From Eledone cirrhosa (lineage: Eukaryota): a stretch of 64,000 nucleotides of DNA. The position numbers and the translations under genes were made by a program. The stretch lies in the NCBI GenBank assembly GCA_964016885.1, contig OZ024743.1:305102001-305166000 (forward strand), in the 5' to 3' direction. The notes under the pieces are model-generated. The model saw nothing but the letters and a program-made list of their open reading frames with translations, ran no database searches and was not told the DNA's origin. Below are positions 36,001 to 47,411 of the stretch, piece after piece; position 1 is the first letter of the stretch, and the number at the start of each line of letters is the position of its first letter.

Positions 36001-39000
36001 ACTACTTTACAACATGTATTAGGTGTATTTTATCATGACACCAACACATACCACCTTATAGCATGTGTTGGGTGTATTTTATCATCACACCAACACTACC
36101 ACTTTATAGCATGTATTGGGAGTATTTTATCATGGCACCAACACTACCACTTTACAACATTTATTGGGTGTATTTTATCATGACACCAAAACTACCACTT
36201 TATAGCAAGTATTGGGACTATTTTATTATGACCCCAACACTACCACTTTATAGCATGTATTGGCATATTTTATTATAACACCAACAATAACTCTTTACAA
36301 CATGTATAGGGAGTACTTTATCATGACACCAACACTACCACTTTATAGCGTGTATTGGGAGTATTTTATCATGACACCAACACTACCACTTTACGACATG
36401 TATGGGTGTATTTTATCATGACACCAACACTACCACTTTATAGCGTGTATTGGGAGTATTTTATCATGACACCAACACTACCACTTTACGACATGGATTG
36501 GGAGTATTTTATCATGACACCAACACTACCACTTTACGACATGTATTGGGTGTATTTTATCATGACACCAACTCTACCACTTTATAGCATGTATTGGGAG
36601 TATTTTATCATGACACCAACACTACCACTTTACGACATGTATGGGTGTATTTTATCATGACACCAACACTACCACTTTACGACATGTATGGGTGTATTTT
36701 ATCATGACACCAACACTACCACTTTACGACATGTATGGGTGTATTTTATCATGACACCAACACTACCACTTTACGACATGTATTGGGAGTATTTTATCAT
36801 GACACCAACACTACCACTTTACGACATGTATGGGTGTATTTTATCATGACACCAACACTACCACTTTATAGCGTGTATTGGGAGTATTTAATCATCACAC
36901 CAACTCTACCACTTTATAGCATGTATTGTCAGTATTTTATCATGACATCAAATCTACCACTTTATAGCATGTATTGGGAGTATTTTATCATGGCACCAAC
37001 ACTACCACTTTATAGCGTGTATTGGGTGTATTTTATCATGACACCAACACTACCACTTTATAGCATGTATTGGGAGTATTTAATCATCACACCAACTCTA
37101 CCACTTTATAGCATGTATTGTCAGTATTTTATCATGACATCAAATCTACCACTTTATAGCATGTATTGGGAGTATTATATCATGACACCAACACTACCAC
37201 TTTATAGCATGTATTGGGAGTATTTTATCATGACACCAACACTACCACTTTACAACATGTATTGGGTGTATTTTATCATGACACCAATCTACCACGTTAC
37301 AACATGTATTGGGTGTATTTTATCATGACACTTAAACTACTACTTTACAACATGTATTGGGTGTATTTTATCATGACACCAGCACTACCACTTTACAACA
37401 TGTATTCGGACTATTTTATCATGACACCAACACTACAACTTTATAGCATGTATTGGGAGTATTTTATCATGACACCAACACTACAACTTTATAGCATGTA
37501 TTGGGTGTATTTTATCATGGCACCAACACACCCACTTTATAGCATGTATTGGGTGTATTTCATCATGGCACCAACACACCCACTTTATAGCATGTATTCA
37601 GAGTATTTAATGATGACACCCAAACTACCACTTTATAGCATGTATTGGGAGTATTTTATCATGACACCAACACTACCACTTTACAACATGTATAGTGAGT
37701 ATTTTATCATGACACCAACACTACCACTTTATAGCATGTATTGGGAGTATTTTATCATGACACCAACACTACCACTTTATAGCATGTATTGGGTGTATTT
37801 TATCATGACACCAACACTACCACTTTATAGCATGTATTCGGAGTATTTTATCATGACACCAACACTACCACATTATAGCGTGTATTGGGAGTATTTTATC
37901 ATGACACCAACACTACCACTTTACATGTATAGTGAGTATATTATCATGACACCAACACTACCACTTTATAGCATGTATTGGGAGTATTTTATCATGACAC
38001 CAACACTACCACTTTATAGCATGTATTGGGTGTATTTTATCATGACACCAACACTACCACTTTATAGCATGTATAGTGAGTATTTTATCTTGACACCAAC
38101 ACTACCACTTTATACCATGTATAGTGAGTATTTTATCATGACACCAACACTACCACTTTATAGCATGTATTGGGAGTATTTTATCATGACACCAACACTA
38201 CCACTTTATAGCATGTATTGGGTGTATGTTATCATGACACCAACACTACCACTTTATAGCATGTATAGTGAGTATTTTATCATAACACCAACACTACCAC
38301 ATTATAGCATGTATTGGGTGTATGTTATCATGACACCAACACTACCACTTTATAGCATGTATAGTGAGTATTTCATCATGACACCAACACTACCACATTA
38401 TAGCATGTATTGGGTGTATTTTATCATGACACCAACACTACCACTTTATAGCATGTATAGTGAGTATTTTATCATGACACCAACACTACCACTTTATAGC
38501 ATGTATAGTGAGTATTTTATCATGACACCAACACTACCACTTTATAGCATGTATTGGGAGTATTTTATCATCACACCAACACTACCACTTTATAGCATGT
38601 ATCGGGAGTATTTTATCATGACACCAACACTACCACTTTACAACATGTATTGGGTGTATTTTATCATGACACCAAACTACCACGTTACAACATGTATTGG
38701 GTGTATTTTATCATGACACTAAAACTACTACTTTACAACATGTATTGGGTGTATTTTATCAAGACACCAACACTACAACTTTACAACATGTATTGGGTGT
38801 ATTTTATCATGACACCAACACTACCACTTTACAACATGTATTCGGAGTATTTTATCATGACACCAACACTACAACTTTATAGCATGTATTAGGAGTATTT
38901 TATCATGACACCAACACTACAACTTTATAGCATGTATTGGGAGTATTTTATCATGACACCAACACTACCACTTTATAGCATGTATTGGGAGTATTTTATC

Positions 39001-41910
39001 ATGACACCAACACTACCACTTTATAGCGTGTATTGGGAGTATTTTATCATGACACCAACACTACCACTTTATAGCATGTATTGGGAGTATTTTATCATGA
39101 CACCAACACTACCACTTTATAGCATGTATTGGGTGTATTTTATCCTGACACCAACACTACCACTTTATAGCATGTATTGGGTGTATTTTATCATGACACC
39201 AACACTACCACTTTATAGCATGTATTGGGTGTATTTTATCATGACACCAAAACTACTACTTTACAACATGTATTAGGTGTATTTTATCATGACACCAACA
39301 CATACCACCTTATAGCATGTGTTGGGTGTATTTTATCATCACACCAACACTACCACTTTATAGCATGTATTGGGAGTATTTTATCATGGCACCAACACTA
39401 CCACTTTACAACATTTATTGGGTGTATTTTATCATGACACCAAAACTACCACTTTATAGCAAGTATTGGGACTATTTTATTATGACCCCAACACTACCAC
39501 TTTATAGCATGTATTGGGATATTTTATTATAACACCAACAATAACTCTTTACAACATGTATAGGGAGTACTTTATCATGACACCAACACTACCACTTTAT
39601 AGCGTGTATTGGGAGTATTTTATCATGACACCAACACTACCACTTTACGACATGTATGGGTGTATTTTATCATGACACCCACACTACCACTTTATAGCGT
39701 GTATTGGGAGTATTTTATCATGACACCAACACTACCACTTTACGACATGTATTGGGAGTATTTTATCATGACACCAACACTACCACTTTACGACATGTAT
39801 TGGGTGTATTTTATCATGACACCAACTCTACCACTTTATAGCATGTATTGGGAGTATTTTATCATGACACCAACACTACCACTTTACGACATGTATGGGT
39901 GTATTTTATCATGACACCAACACTACCACTTTACGACATGTATGGGTGTATTTTATCATGACACCAACACTACCACTTTACGACATGTATTGGGAGTATT
40001 TTATCATGACACCAACACTACCACTTTACGACATGTATGGGTGTATTTTATCATGACACCAACACTACCACTTTATAGCGTGTATTGGGAGTATTTTATC
40101 ATGACACCAACACTACCACTTTACGACATGTATTGGGAGTATTTTATCATGACACCAACACTACCACTTTATAGCATGTATTGGGAGTATTTTATCATGG
40201 CACCAACACTACCACTTTATAGCGTGTATTGGGTGTATTTTATCATGACACCAACACTACCACTTTATAGCATGTATTGGGTGTATTTTATCATGGCACC
40301 AACACACCTACTTTATAGCATGTATTCAGAGTATTTAATGATGACACCCAAACTACCACTTTATAGCATGTATTGGGAGTATTTTATCATGACACCAACA
40401 CTACCACTTTACAACATGTATAGTGAGTATTTTATCATGACACCAACACTACCACTTTATAGCATGTATTGGGAGCATTTTATCATGACACCAACACTAC
40501 CACTTTATTGCATGTATTGGGTGTATTTTATCATGACACCAACACTACCACTTTATAGCATGTATTCGGAGTATTTTATCATGACACCAACACTACCACT
40601 TTATAGCGTGTATTGGGAGTATTTTATCATGACACCAACACTACCACTTTACATGTATAGTGAGTATTTTATCATGACACCAACACTACCACTTTATAGC
40701 ATGTATTGGGAGTATTTTATCATGACACCAACACTACCACTTTATAGCATGTATTGGGTGTATTTTATCATGACACCAACACTACCACTTTTTAGCATGT
40801 ATAGTGAGTATTTTATCTTGACACCAACACTACCACTTTATAGCATGTATAGTGAGTATTTTATCATGACACCAACACTACCACTTTATAGCATGTATTG
40901 GGAGTATTTTATCATGACACCAACACTACCACTTTATAGCATGTATTGGGTGTATGTTATCATGACACCAACACTACCACTTTATAGCATGTATAGTGAG
41001 TATTTTATCATGACACCAACACTACCACATTATAGCATGTATTGGGTGTATTTTATCATGACACCAACACTACCACTTTATAGCATGTATAGTGAGTATT
41101 TTATCATGACACCAACACTACCACTTTATAGCATGTATAGTGAGTATTTTATCATGACACCAACACTACCACTTTATAGCATGTATTGGGAGTATTTTAT
41201 CATCACACCAACACTACCACTTTATAGCATGTATTGGGAGTATTTTATCATGACACCAACACTACCACTTTACAACATGTATTGGGTGTATTTTATCATG
41301 ACACCAAACTACCACGTTACAACATGTATTGGGTGTATTTTATCATGACACTAAAACTACTACTTTACAACATGTATTGGGTGTATTTTATCATGACACC
41401 AACACTACCACTTTACAACATGTATTCGGAGTATTTTATCATGACACCAACACTACAACTTTATAGCATGTATTGGGAGTATTTTATCATGACATCAACA
41501 CTACAACTTTATAGCATGTATTGGGAGTATTTTATCATGACACCAACACTACCACTTTATAGCATGTATTGGGAGTATTTTATCATGACACCAACACTAC
41601 CACTTTATAGCGTGTATTGGGAGTATTTTATCATGACACCAACACTACCACTTTATAGCATGTATTGGGTGTATTTTATCATGACACCAACACTACCACT
41701 TTATAGCATGTATTGGGTATATTTTATCATGACACCAACACTACCACTTTATAGCATGTATTGGGTGTATTTTATCATGACACCAACACTACCACTTTAT
41801 TGCATGTATTGGGAGTATTTTATTATGGTGCTAGCAATACCACATTACTGGGAGGACTGTCAATATTTTATCATGCCATCAGCATTATCACGTTATTGTA
41901 TGAATTGAGT
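1..41910. repeat. 48-bp tandem satellite (~870 monomers, continues beyond the left edge); consensus ATGACACCAACACTACCACTTTATAGCATGTATTGGGAGTATTTTATC
   Basis: Direct 48-bp periodicity throughout. Recurrent variants (TTGGGAG/TTGGGTG/TAGTGAG/TTCGGAG; TATAGC/TACAAC) plus 47-, 49- and 45-bp indel monomers. The last ~2 units (41820-41910) are strongly degenerate. Confidence 0.99.
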
Positions 41911-42212
41911 AACATCGGTTGGATAACATCTATGAGCTTGGCTGAATATGATGGAGATGGTTGCTTCTGACAGGACCTGATGGAAGGAGTGTCTGAGGAC
42001 TCTGCCTCCATCACTCTCTGTCTCTCTCAGGAATAAGTGAGACAAGAAGAAGAAGAAGAAGAAGAAGAAGAAGAAGAAGAAGAAGAAGAAGAAGAAGAAG
42101 AAGAAGAAATAGAAGAAGAAGAAATAAAAGAAGAAAAAAAGAAAAAGAAAAAGAAAAAGAAGAAGAAAAAAAAAGAAGAAGAAGAAGAAGAAGAAGAAGA
42201 AGAAGAAGAAGA
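41911..42212 (+). mobile_element. 3' fragment of a (GAA)n-tailed non-LTR retrotransposon (RTE-like)
   Basis: GGTTGGATAACATC..TTGCTTCTGACAGGACCTG..GGAAGGAGTGTCTGAGGACTCTGC is shared with copies at 43000-43293 and 46540-46690; it ends in a long GAA tail. Confidence 0.75.
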
Positions 42213-42233
42213 ATACAATTAATAACAACTTAC

Positions 42234-42400
42234 TTGTATTAGAACAAGACACATACACTGAATTACAATAACATCTGCTGCTACAGGATCTCTTATAGCA
42301 TCTATTAGATGTGTAATAATTATGATATCTGTAATAACCTCTACAATAGATATAATCTTCTGTGACATAATGATTCTGAGTTCGTTGAAAAGAGGTGCCA
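42234..42400 (-). CDS. Exon 5 (of 5 seen) of a MAM-LDLa-SRCR gene: C-terminal half of the SRCR domain
   Basis: Acceptor ttctattacAG, phase 2, and donor GTAAGT, phase 1; 167 nt. Translates GTSFQRTQNHYVTEDYIYCRGYYRYHNYYTSNRCYKRSCSSRCYCNSVYVSCSNT, in frame with the 44930-44795 exon. Confidence 0.8.
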
Positions 42401-42749
42401 CTGTAATAGAAAAGATATTCAGGTAATTACTTTAAAAAATAATATTTAACATTTTGATTTTACTTCGTATATTATGTTCCATTTATTTTATAGCTTTACC
42501 CTCAATTTACTATGCTTGTTTATGTAAGATAGTTTGTTGAATAAAATTGATTTTATTACTGGATGCTTTCTATATTACTAATTTCTTAACTATGAAGTAT
42601 GATTAGCATTAGTTAAGCATTCATGGGAGGGATGGTTTGTCAAATGGATCAATAACATACGAATGGAACTTGTTTTGGTTCTTTTATTTGTCATGCAAAC
42701 TTATGATTTTTCTGTCATAAAGTTTTAATTTATGAATGAGTGTAATGCC

Positions 42750-43293
42750 CTAAAGACTTTGGTTGCAAATACAAGCAGTCAAATTGGGTTTCTTCGAAAG
42801 GTCTTTGGCTTAATGTTACTTGATAAAGTGCATAGCTCGGAGATCAGAGAGTCACTTCAAGTAAAGTTGCTACTTCTCCTAATTGAGAAGTCATAGCCCT
42901 ATACTATGAGTATGTGGTTAGAATGTCTCAGGAAAGAATTACTGGACAGATTTTACAGGCAAAACCAACTGGCAGCAGGCCCAGAGATAGACCCCAAGCG
43001 AGAAGGTTGGATAACATCCATGAGGTTCATCAATACACTTTGTATTGTCTGAACACATGTGGGTTCCCTCTGGACAATCTGTAATTAATAGAAATAATGA
43101 ATTGCTTTTAATTAATGGTGTAAATGTGTGAATAGAGTTGTTATAATTTCCTGAACTACGAACTATGAGCTTTGCTGGTCTCACTTGGAGATCCAGCTGG
43201 TTCAGTTGGAGATGATTGCTTCTGACAAGACCTGCTGGAAGGAGTGTTTGAGGACTCTGCTCCCACAATCCTCTCAAGAAGAAGAAGAAGAAG
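42750..43293 (+). mobile_element. 3' fragment of the (GAA)n-tailed RTE-like LINE, interrupted by a 140-bp insertion
   Basis: Aligns by eye with 46335-46690 (GTGCATAGCTCGGAGAT..CACTTCAAGTA..AGAATGTCT..GGAAAGAATTACTGGACAGATTTTA) and has a GAA tail. Confidence 0.75.
43025..43164 (-). pseudogene. Orphan LDLa half-exon with its 3' splice site, inserted into a LINE fragment
   Basis: Minus strand ctattaattacAG|AT TGT CCA.. encodes CPEGTHMCSDNTKCIDE (first three LDLa cysteines) and then runs into LINE sequence. The insert is flanked by ATGAG direct repeats (43020-43024, 43165-43169). Confidence 0.7.
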
Positions 43294-43360
43294 AATAAGG
43301 TGCCAGAGATAAACATCTTATTTTTATTGCTTTTGTATGTGTTGTATGGACTGGGAATCG

Positions 43361-44200
43361 TCATCCGCGTCCTCCAGAGCCACTTTAGATCTGCTTGAAG
43401 AAGACTTTGCACACTTCGGATTTCCTCACATGCTAGTCACCGATAGCGCACCAACTTTTATTTCTGAGGAGTTCCAGAGCTGGTGCAAAGAACGTAGGAT
43501 CACACACCTGACAGGGGCACCTTACCACCCAGCTACTAACGGAGCAGCGGAACGTTTGGTGCAGACCTTCAAACAAGCTCTGAGGAAGACATCTCTTCCG
43601 CCGAAGCGAGCACTTCAAGTGTTCTTGATGCAGTACCGGAGAACACCGACATCCAGTGGATTCTCTCCGAGTGAACTTTTGAATCACCGGCAGATACGGA
43701 CAAGGATTGATTCTCTGCTGCCCTCGCCAGCACACATCGCTCAAGGCAAGCAGTCTAAGGAAGCATATAAGTCTCAGATGACTCCGGTCTCGGCAGGTAT
43801 CGCTAAGGTTACCAGGCAGTACAAGGCTGGAGATCCTGTGTATGCACTGTATTACGGACCTCGCCGAGACAAAGATCCCCGATGGGTACCAGCAATCATT
43901 AAGAAGTCATTGGGTACTCGCTGCTTCAACGTTAAGGTCATACCTCATGGCCCGGTGTGGAGACGACACTGGGAACAGCTGCAACCGCGGTACACTGCTG
44001 AGGAAGACAATGAACCTGGTGATGCAGTAGACACTGTTTTTGAATTTGCAACAGATCACCCGGTGGAGATCTCGGAAATCGTGCCACTAACTCCAAGACA
44101 GACCAGACTCAAGACCTTGTTGCCCGTTCCAGAGTATGGACCAGACAATCGAAGACGGTCCAAGAGAACTCGTAAACCCCCAGAGAGACTTTGCTGTTGA
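43361..44200 (+). pseudogene. Gypsy integrase, C-terminal portion (catalytic core lacking its N-terminal part)
   Basis: FGFPHMLVTDSAPTFISEEF...APYHPATNGAAERLVQTFK...YRRTP..GFSPSELL are typical rve-core motifs; the frame is open to a stop at 44200. Confidence 0.88.
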
Positions 44201-44234
44201 TGCTTCTTTTGTCGCATCAATTTCGGTGGGGAGG

Positions 44235-44508
44235 TGTTGTATGGACTGGGAATCGAACTCACAACCTCATTGTTGTATGGACTGTTAAATTTCTATTCAA
44301 TTTACACGTGCTCACACATTTGCATATGAATCACGTGACCTGGGCAGTCAGTCAGCGTTGGTATTAAAAACTCGGTCACAGACTGCTACTTACTTACTTT
44401 ATTATTCTGCTACTGCGAGGAGGGGCGTTTTGGTTGTTTCGCAAATTACACAAATTATTTGATATAACTCCTTGTGTTTTCTCTGCGAGTACCGAGAGGA
44501 ATACAACA
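44235..44508 (+). repeat. 3' LTR (274 bp)
   Basis: Starts TGTTGTATGGACTGGGAATCG (identical to 43340-43360), ends ATACAACA, and follows the PPT. Confidence 0.9.
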
Positions 44509-44794
44509 GTATGTGTGGCTCATATCACATAGGCATAAACTAAAAGCAATTTATTCATAACTATAACAATAACTATATTAGATGAAGCTTCCATAGTGTG
44601 TACATAAATGCATTGAAGACACACATACACACCTATCATTGCTATTACTATGAACATGAAAAGGTAGGTAAAACAGTTGAATTCTAAGTGAAAAACAAGC
44701 AACATTTCATATTTCATCAGTTTAGAGAAAACTACACATTTATTTATCATTTTAGCACTATGATCAACATAACAAATATAGAAAAAATATTTAC

Positions 44795-44930
44795 TTGAAA
44801 CCAAATTCAGAGCATATCTGATCCGCATTAATGTATCCACATACACTCAAGTAATCTGAATTATAAAGTTTGTGAACTTTGCCAGACATCAAATTTCGAC
44901 CACCAACTAATTTATAGATGCTTTTTTGAT
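44795..44930 (-). CDS. Exon 4: N-terminal half of an SRCR domain
   Basis: Acceptor ttattaaaacAG, phase 1, and donor GTAAAT, phase 2; 136 nt. QKSIYKLVGGRNLMSGKVHKLYNSDYLSVCGYINADQICSEFGF matches the SRCR pattern (LVGG..G.V...VC...C..lG). Confidence 0.85.
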
Positions 44931-45129
44931 CTGTTTTAATAAAGAAAATAATAATTAAGATATTGATTAGTTTGGAGTAAAGATGAGACTAATTGAAAAA
45001 AAAAACTGAGGCAGCTGAATTATTTTAATTGCCACACCCTACTGGTAGTTATTTTATTAATAGTAGAGATATAAATGATGTAACTGAGTTTTCTGAGCTT
45101 TAGATTCGGGATACAGAGTGATTTGTTAA

Positions 45130-45504
45130 CTTTAGTTGAGCCAGCTAACAATTTTGCCAACTTTAGTTCAGCCAGCAAACAATTTTGCCAACTTTAGTTG
45201 AGCCACATAACAATTTTGCCAACTTTAGTTAAGCCAGCTAACAATTTTGCCAACTTTATTTGAACGAGCTAACAATTTTGCCAACTTTAGTTGCGCCAAC
45301 TAACAATTTTGCCAACTTTAGTAGAGCCAGCTAACAATTTTGCCAACGCTAGTTAAGCAAGCAAACAATTTTGTCAACTTTAATTGAGCCAGCTAACAAT
45401 TTTGCCAACTTTAGTTAAGCCAGCCAACAATTTTGCCAACTTTAGTTGAGCCAGCTACCAATTTTGCCAACTTTAGTTGAGCCACATAACAATTTTGCCA
45501 ACTT
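45130..45504. repeat. 31-bp minisatellite (~12 copies) TTTAGTTGAGCCAGCTAACAATTTTGCCAAC
   Basis: Direct periodicity. Confidence 0.95.
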
Positions 45505-45544
45505 TATAATCAAATGCTAATCTTTTGATTAGATTCATGTCCAA

Positions 45545-45938
45545 ATTGATATTACTTGATTGATAATGAAGATCATACCAATTATTGATCAGTTGATTGA
45601 TGAAGATCATATCTATGATTGATCAGTTGATAATGAAGATCACATCTATTATTGATCAGTTGATAATGAAGATCATACTGATTATTGATCAGTTGATAAT
45701 AAAGATCATATCTGTTATTGATCATTTGATAATTAAGATGATACTGATTATTGGTCAGTTGATAATAAAGATCCACCAATTATTGATCTGTTAATGAAGG
45801 TCATATCTATTATTGATCAGCTAATTATAAAAATCATACCTATTATTGATCAGTTAAAGAAGATCATACCTATTATTGATCAGCTAATAAGGAAGATCAC
45901 ATCTATTATTGAGCAGCTAATAAGGAAGATCACATCTA
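45545..45938. repeat. 33-bp minisatellite (~11-12 copies) ATTGATCAGTTGATAATGAAGATCATATCTATT
   Basis: Direct periodicity; it accounts for the repetitive ORFs at 45582-45976. Confidence 0.92.
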
Positions 45939-46007
45939 TAATTTTTAGTCAGCCACATATCTATTATTCCAGATAAACTATGCTTTTGGCTATCTTATAA
46001 CCATACT

Positions 46008-46212
46008 AACATTGCAGTCTGGGCATGTTCCTCTCTTTCACTTGGTCTACCTCTACTACAGTTTCCTAGCACTTGGGTTACTTGGCACTTCTTCACCCAA
46101 TGATCATCATCCATACACATCACATGTCTGTACTAACACAGTCTTCTCTCTTGTACACCACATCAGATTCCTCTTAAACACAGTTCAATCAATTTGTGTA
46201 AACCTTGATACC
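46008..46212 (-). mobile_element. RTE LINE C-terminal fragment
   Basis: Minus strand reads CGVQERRLC*YRHVMCMDDDHWVKKCQ..RGRP, homologous to 61490-61612. Confidence 0.75.
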
Positions 46213-46334
46213 TGTAAGGGTGATGATGGTGATAATGATGGTGGTGGTGGTCAGGATGAAAGGGATTATCATCATCATTATGAACATTTTCTGAAATGAA
46301 TGTCAAAATAGTTGATGACCCAAAAAATACCATC

Positions 46335-46692
46335 ATGAATACAAGCCATCAAAATGGGGTCCCTCCGAAGGGTTTTGGAGTAATGTTACTCAACAGTGTG
46401 CATAGCTCGGAGATAAAAAAGACACTTCAAGTAGAACCATTATTTCTCCAAATAGCAAGATCACAGCTCCGATATTAGGGTTATGTGTTCAGAATGTCTT
46501 AGGAAAGAATTACTGGACAGATTTTATGGCTAAACCAATTGGAGAAGATTGCTTCTGATAGGACCTGCTGGAAGGAGCGTTCGAGGACTCTGCCTCCATC
46601 ACATCTGACTCTCTCAGGAAGAAGAAGAAGAAGAAGAAGAAGAAGAAGAAGAAGAAGAAGAAGAAGAAGAAGAAGAAGAAGAAAAAGAAGAA
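46335..46692 (+). mobile_element. 3' fragment of the (GAA)n-tailed RTE-like LINE
   Basis: Homologous to 42770-43293 and 41950-42212; long perfect GAA tail. Confidence 0.75.
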
Positions 46693-46760
46693 TGTCAGCA
46701 TTTGTCTTTGTTAAATGTTACCCCCTACTTTAAATAAAACTAAATATAAATAAAACTTAC

Positions 46761-46874
46761 TGTCACAATTTAATTCATCTTCTCCATCAGGACAATTATC
46801 TATCCCATCACATTTGGCATTGGATGCATAACATGTCTTATTGTCTTCACAAGGAGACCAATTTTCTTCACAAC
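46761..46874 (-). CDS. Exon 3: LDL-receptor class A domain
   Basis: Acceptor ttcatttgaaAG and donor GTAAGT; 114 nt, phase 1-1. CEENWSPCEDNKTCYASNAKCDGIDNCPDGEDELNCD has all six Cys and the CDG..C.DG.DE..C acidic motif. Absent from the ORF track. Confidence 0.93.
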
Positions 46875-46889
46875 CTTTCAAATGAAAAA

Positions 46890-46965
46890 AATAATAATAA
46901 CATCAGCTACTACAACTAATACTGCTACTGCTGCTGCTGCTACTACTACTACTACTACTACTACA

Positions 46966-47004
<39 letters not shown>

Positions 47005-47036
47005 ACTACTACTACTACTACTGATAATAATAATAA
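46890..47036. repeat. Compound (TAA/CTA/CTG)n microsatellite
   Basis: Direct reading. Confidence 0.9.
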
Positions 47037-47400
47037 GGTCGTGCCTGATTGTAGATGTAGCCTGCCCATTTGACACAAGAGTACAAGAAAAGGAGAGGGG
47101 AAAATTAACCGATACCAGGATTTAAAGTTGGAGTTAAAAAGGATTTGGAACTGCCATGAAATCAAGGTCGTCCCGATTGTCATAGGTGCACTAGGTACTA
47201 TCTCAAAGAGTTTCCAAGGGTGGTTAAAGGAGATTAATCCACCCCCGCTTTTTGGAACACTTCAAAAGGCATGCTTGCTGGGAACAGCAAGAACCCTCCG
47301 ATACGTTCTGAATATCTGAGGTTGCAGATAGCAGCTTGATATTAATTTCAACAAACTTTCCAATTTAAAAACCTGAATGACTGAGACTCAAAGAACAATA
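47037..47400 (+). mobile_element. 5'-truncated R4/Dong-like non-LTR element (REL endonuclease C-terminus and 3' UTR)
   Basis: KINRYQDLKLELKRIWNC..VVPIVIGALG..LQKACLLGTARTLRYVL* is the typical R4-clade C-terminus; (TAA)n flanks both sides, the known Dong target. Confidence 0.8.
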
Positions 47401-47411
47401 ATAATAGTAAT

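Larger units (their letters stand above)
43340..44508 (+). mobile_element. Internally deleted Gypsy/Ty3 LTR retrotransposon
   Basis: 5-bp TSD GTATG (43335-43339 / 44509-44513); termini TGTTGTAT...ATACAACA. Only 21 bp of the 5' LTR remain, fused to the integrase core. Purine-rich PPT GGTGGGGAGG lies just before the 3' LTR. Confidence 0.93.

Noticed and set aside
5-41908. Long + strand ORFs of a 16-aa Tyr/Met/Trp-rich repeat (MTPTLPLYSMYWEYFI), superficially reflectin-like in composition
   Set aside because: The 48-bp unit happens to lack a stop in one frame. Frameshifting 47/49-bp monomers and TAG/TGA/TAA variants have been amplified freely, there is no reflectin MD(X)5MD motif, and the frame is antisense to the host gene.
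1-41910. CRISPR-like repeat/spacer array
   Set aside because: There are no unique spacers, only point variants of one monomer; the context is eukaryotic with no cas genes.
42219-42401. Alternative open frame MAPLFNELRIIMSQ.. over exon 5
   Set aside because: It is incompatible with the phase-2 donor of exon 4; the Cys-patterned frame completes the SRCR domain.
41893-47183. Poly-Phe/Ser/Glu/Arg/Thr/Val ORFs
   Set aside because: These are translations of GAA, CTA and CTG microsatellites.
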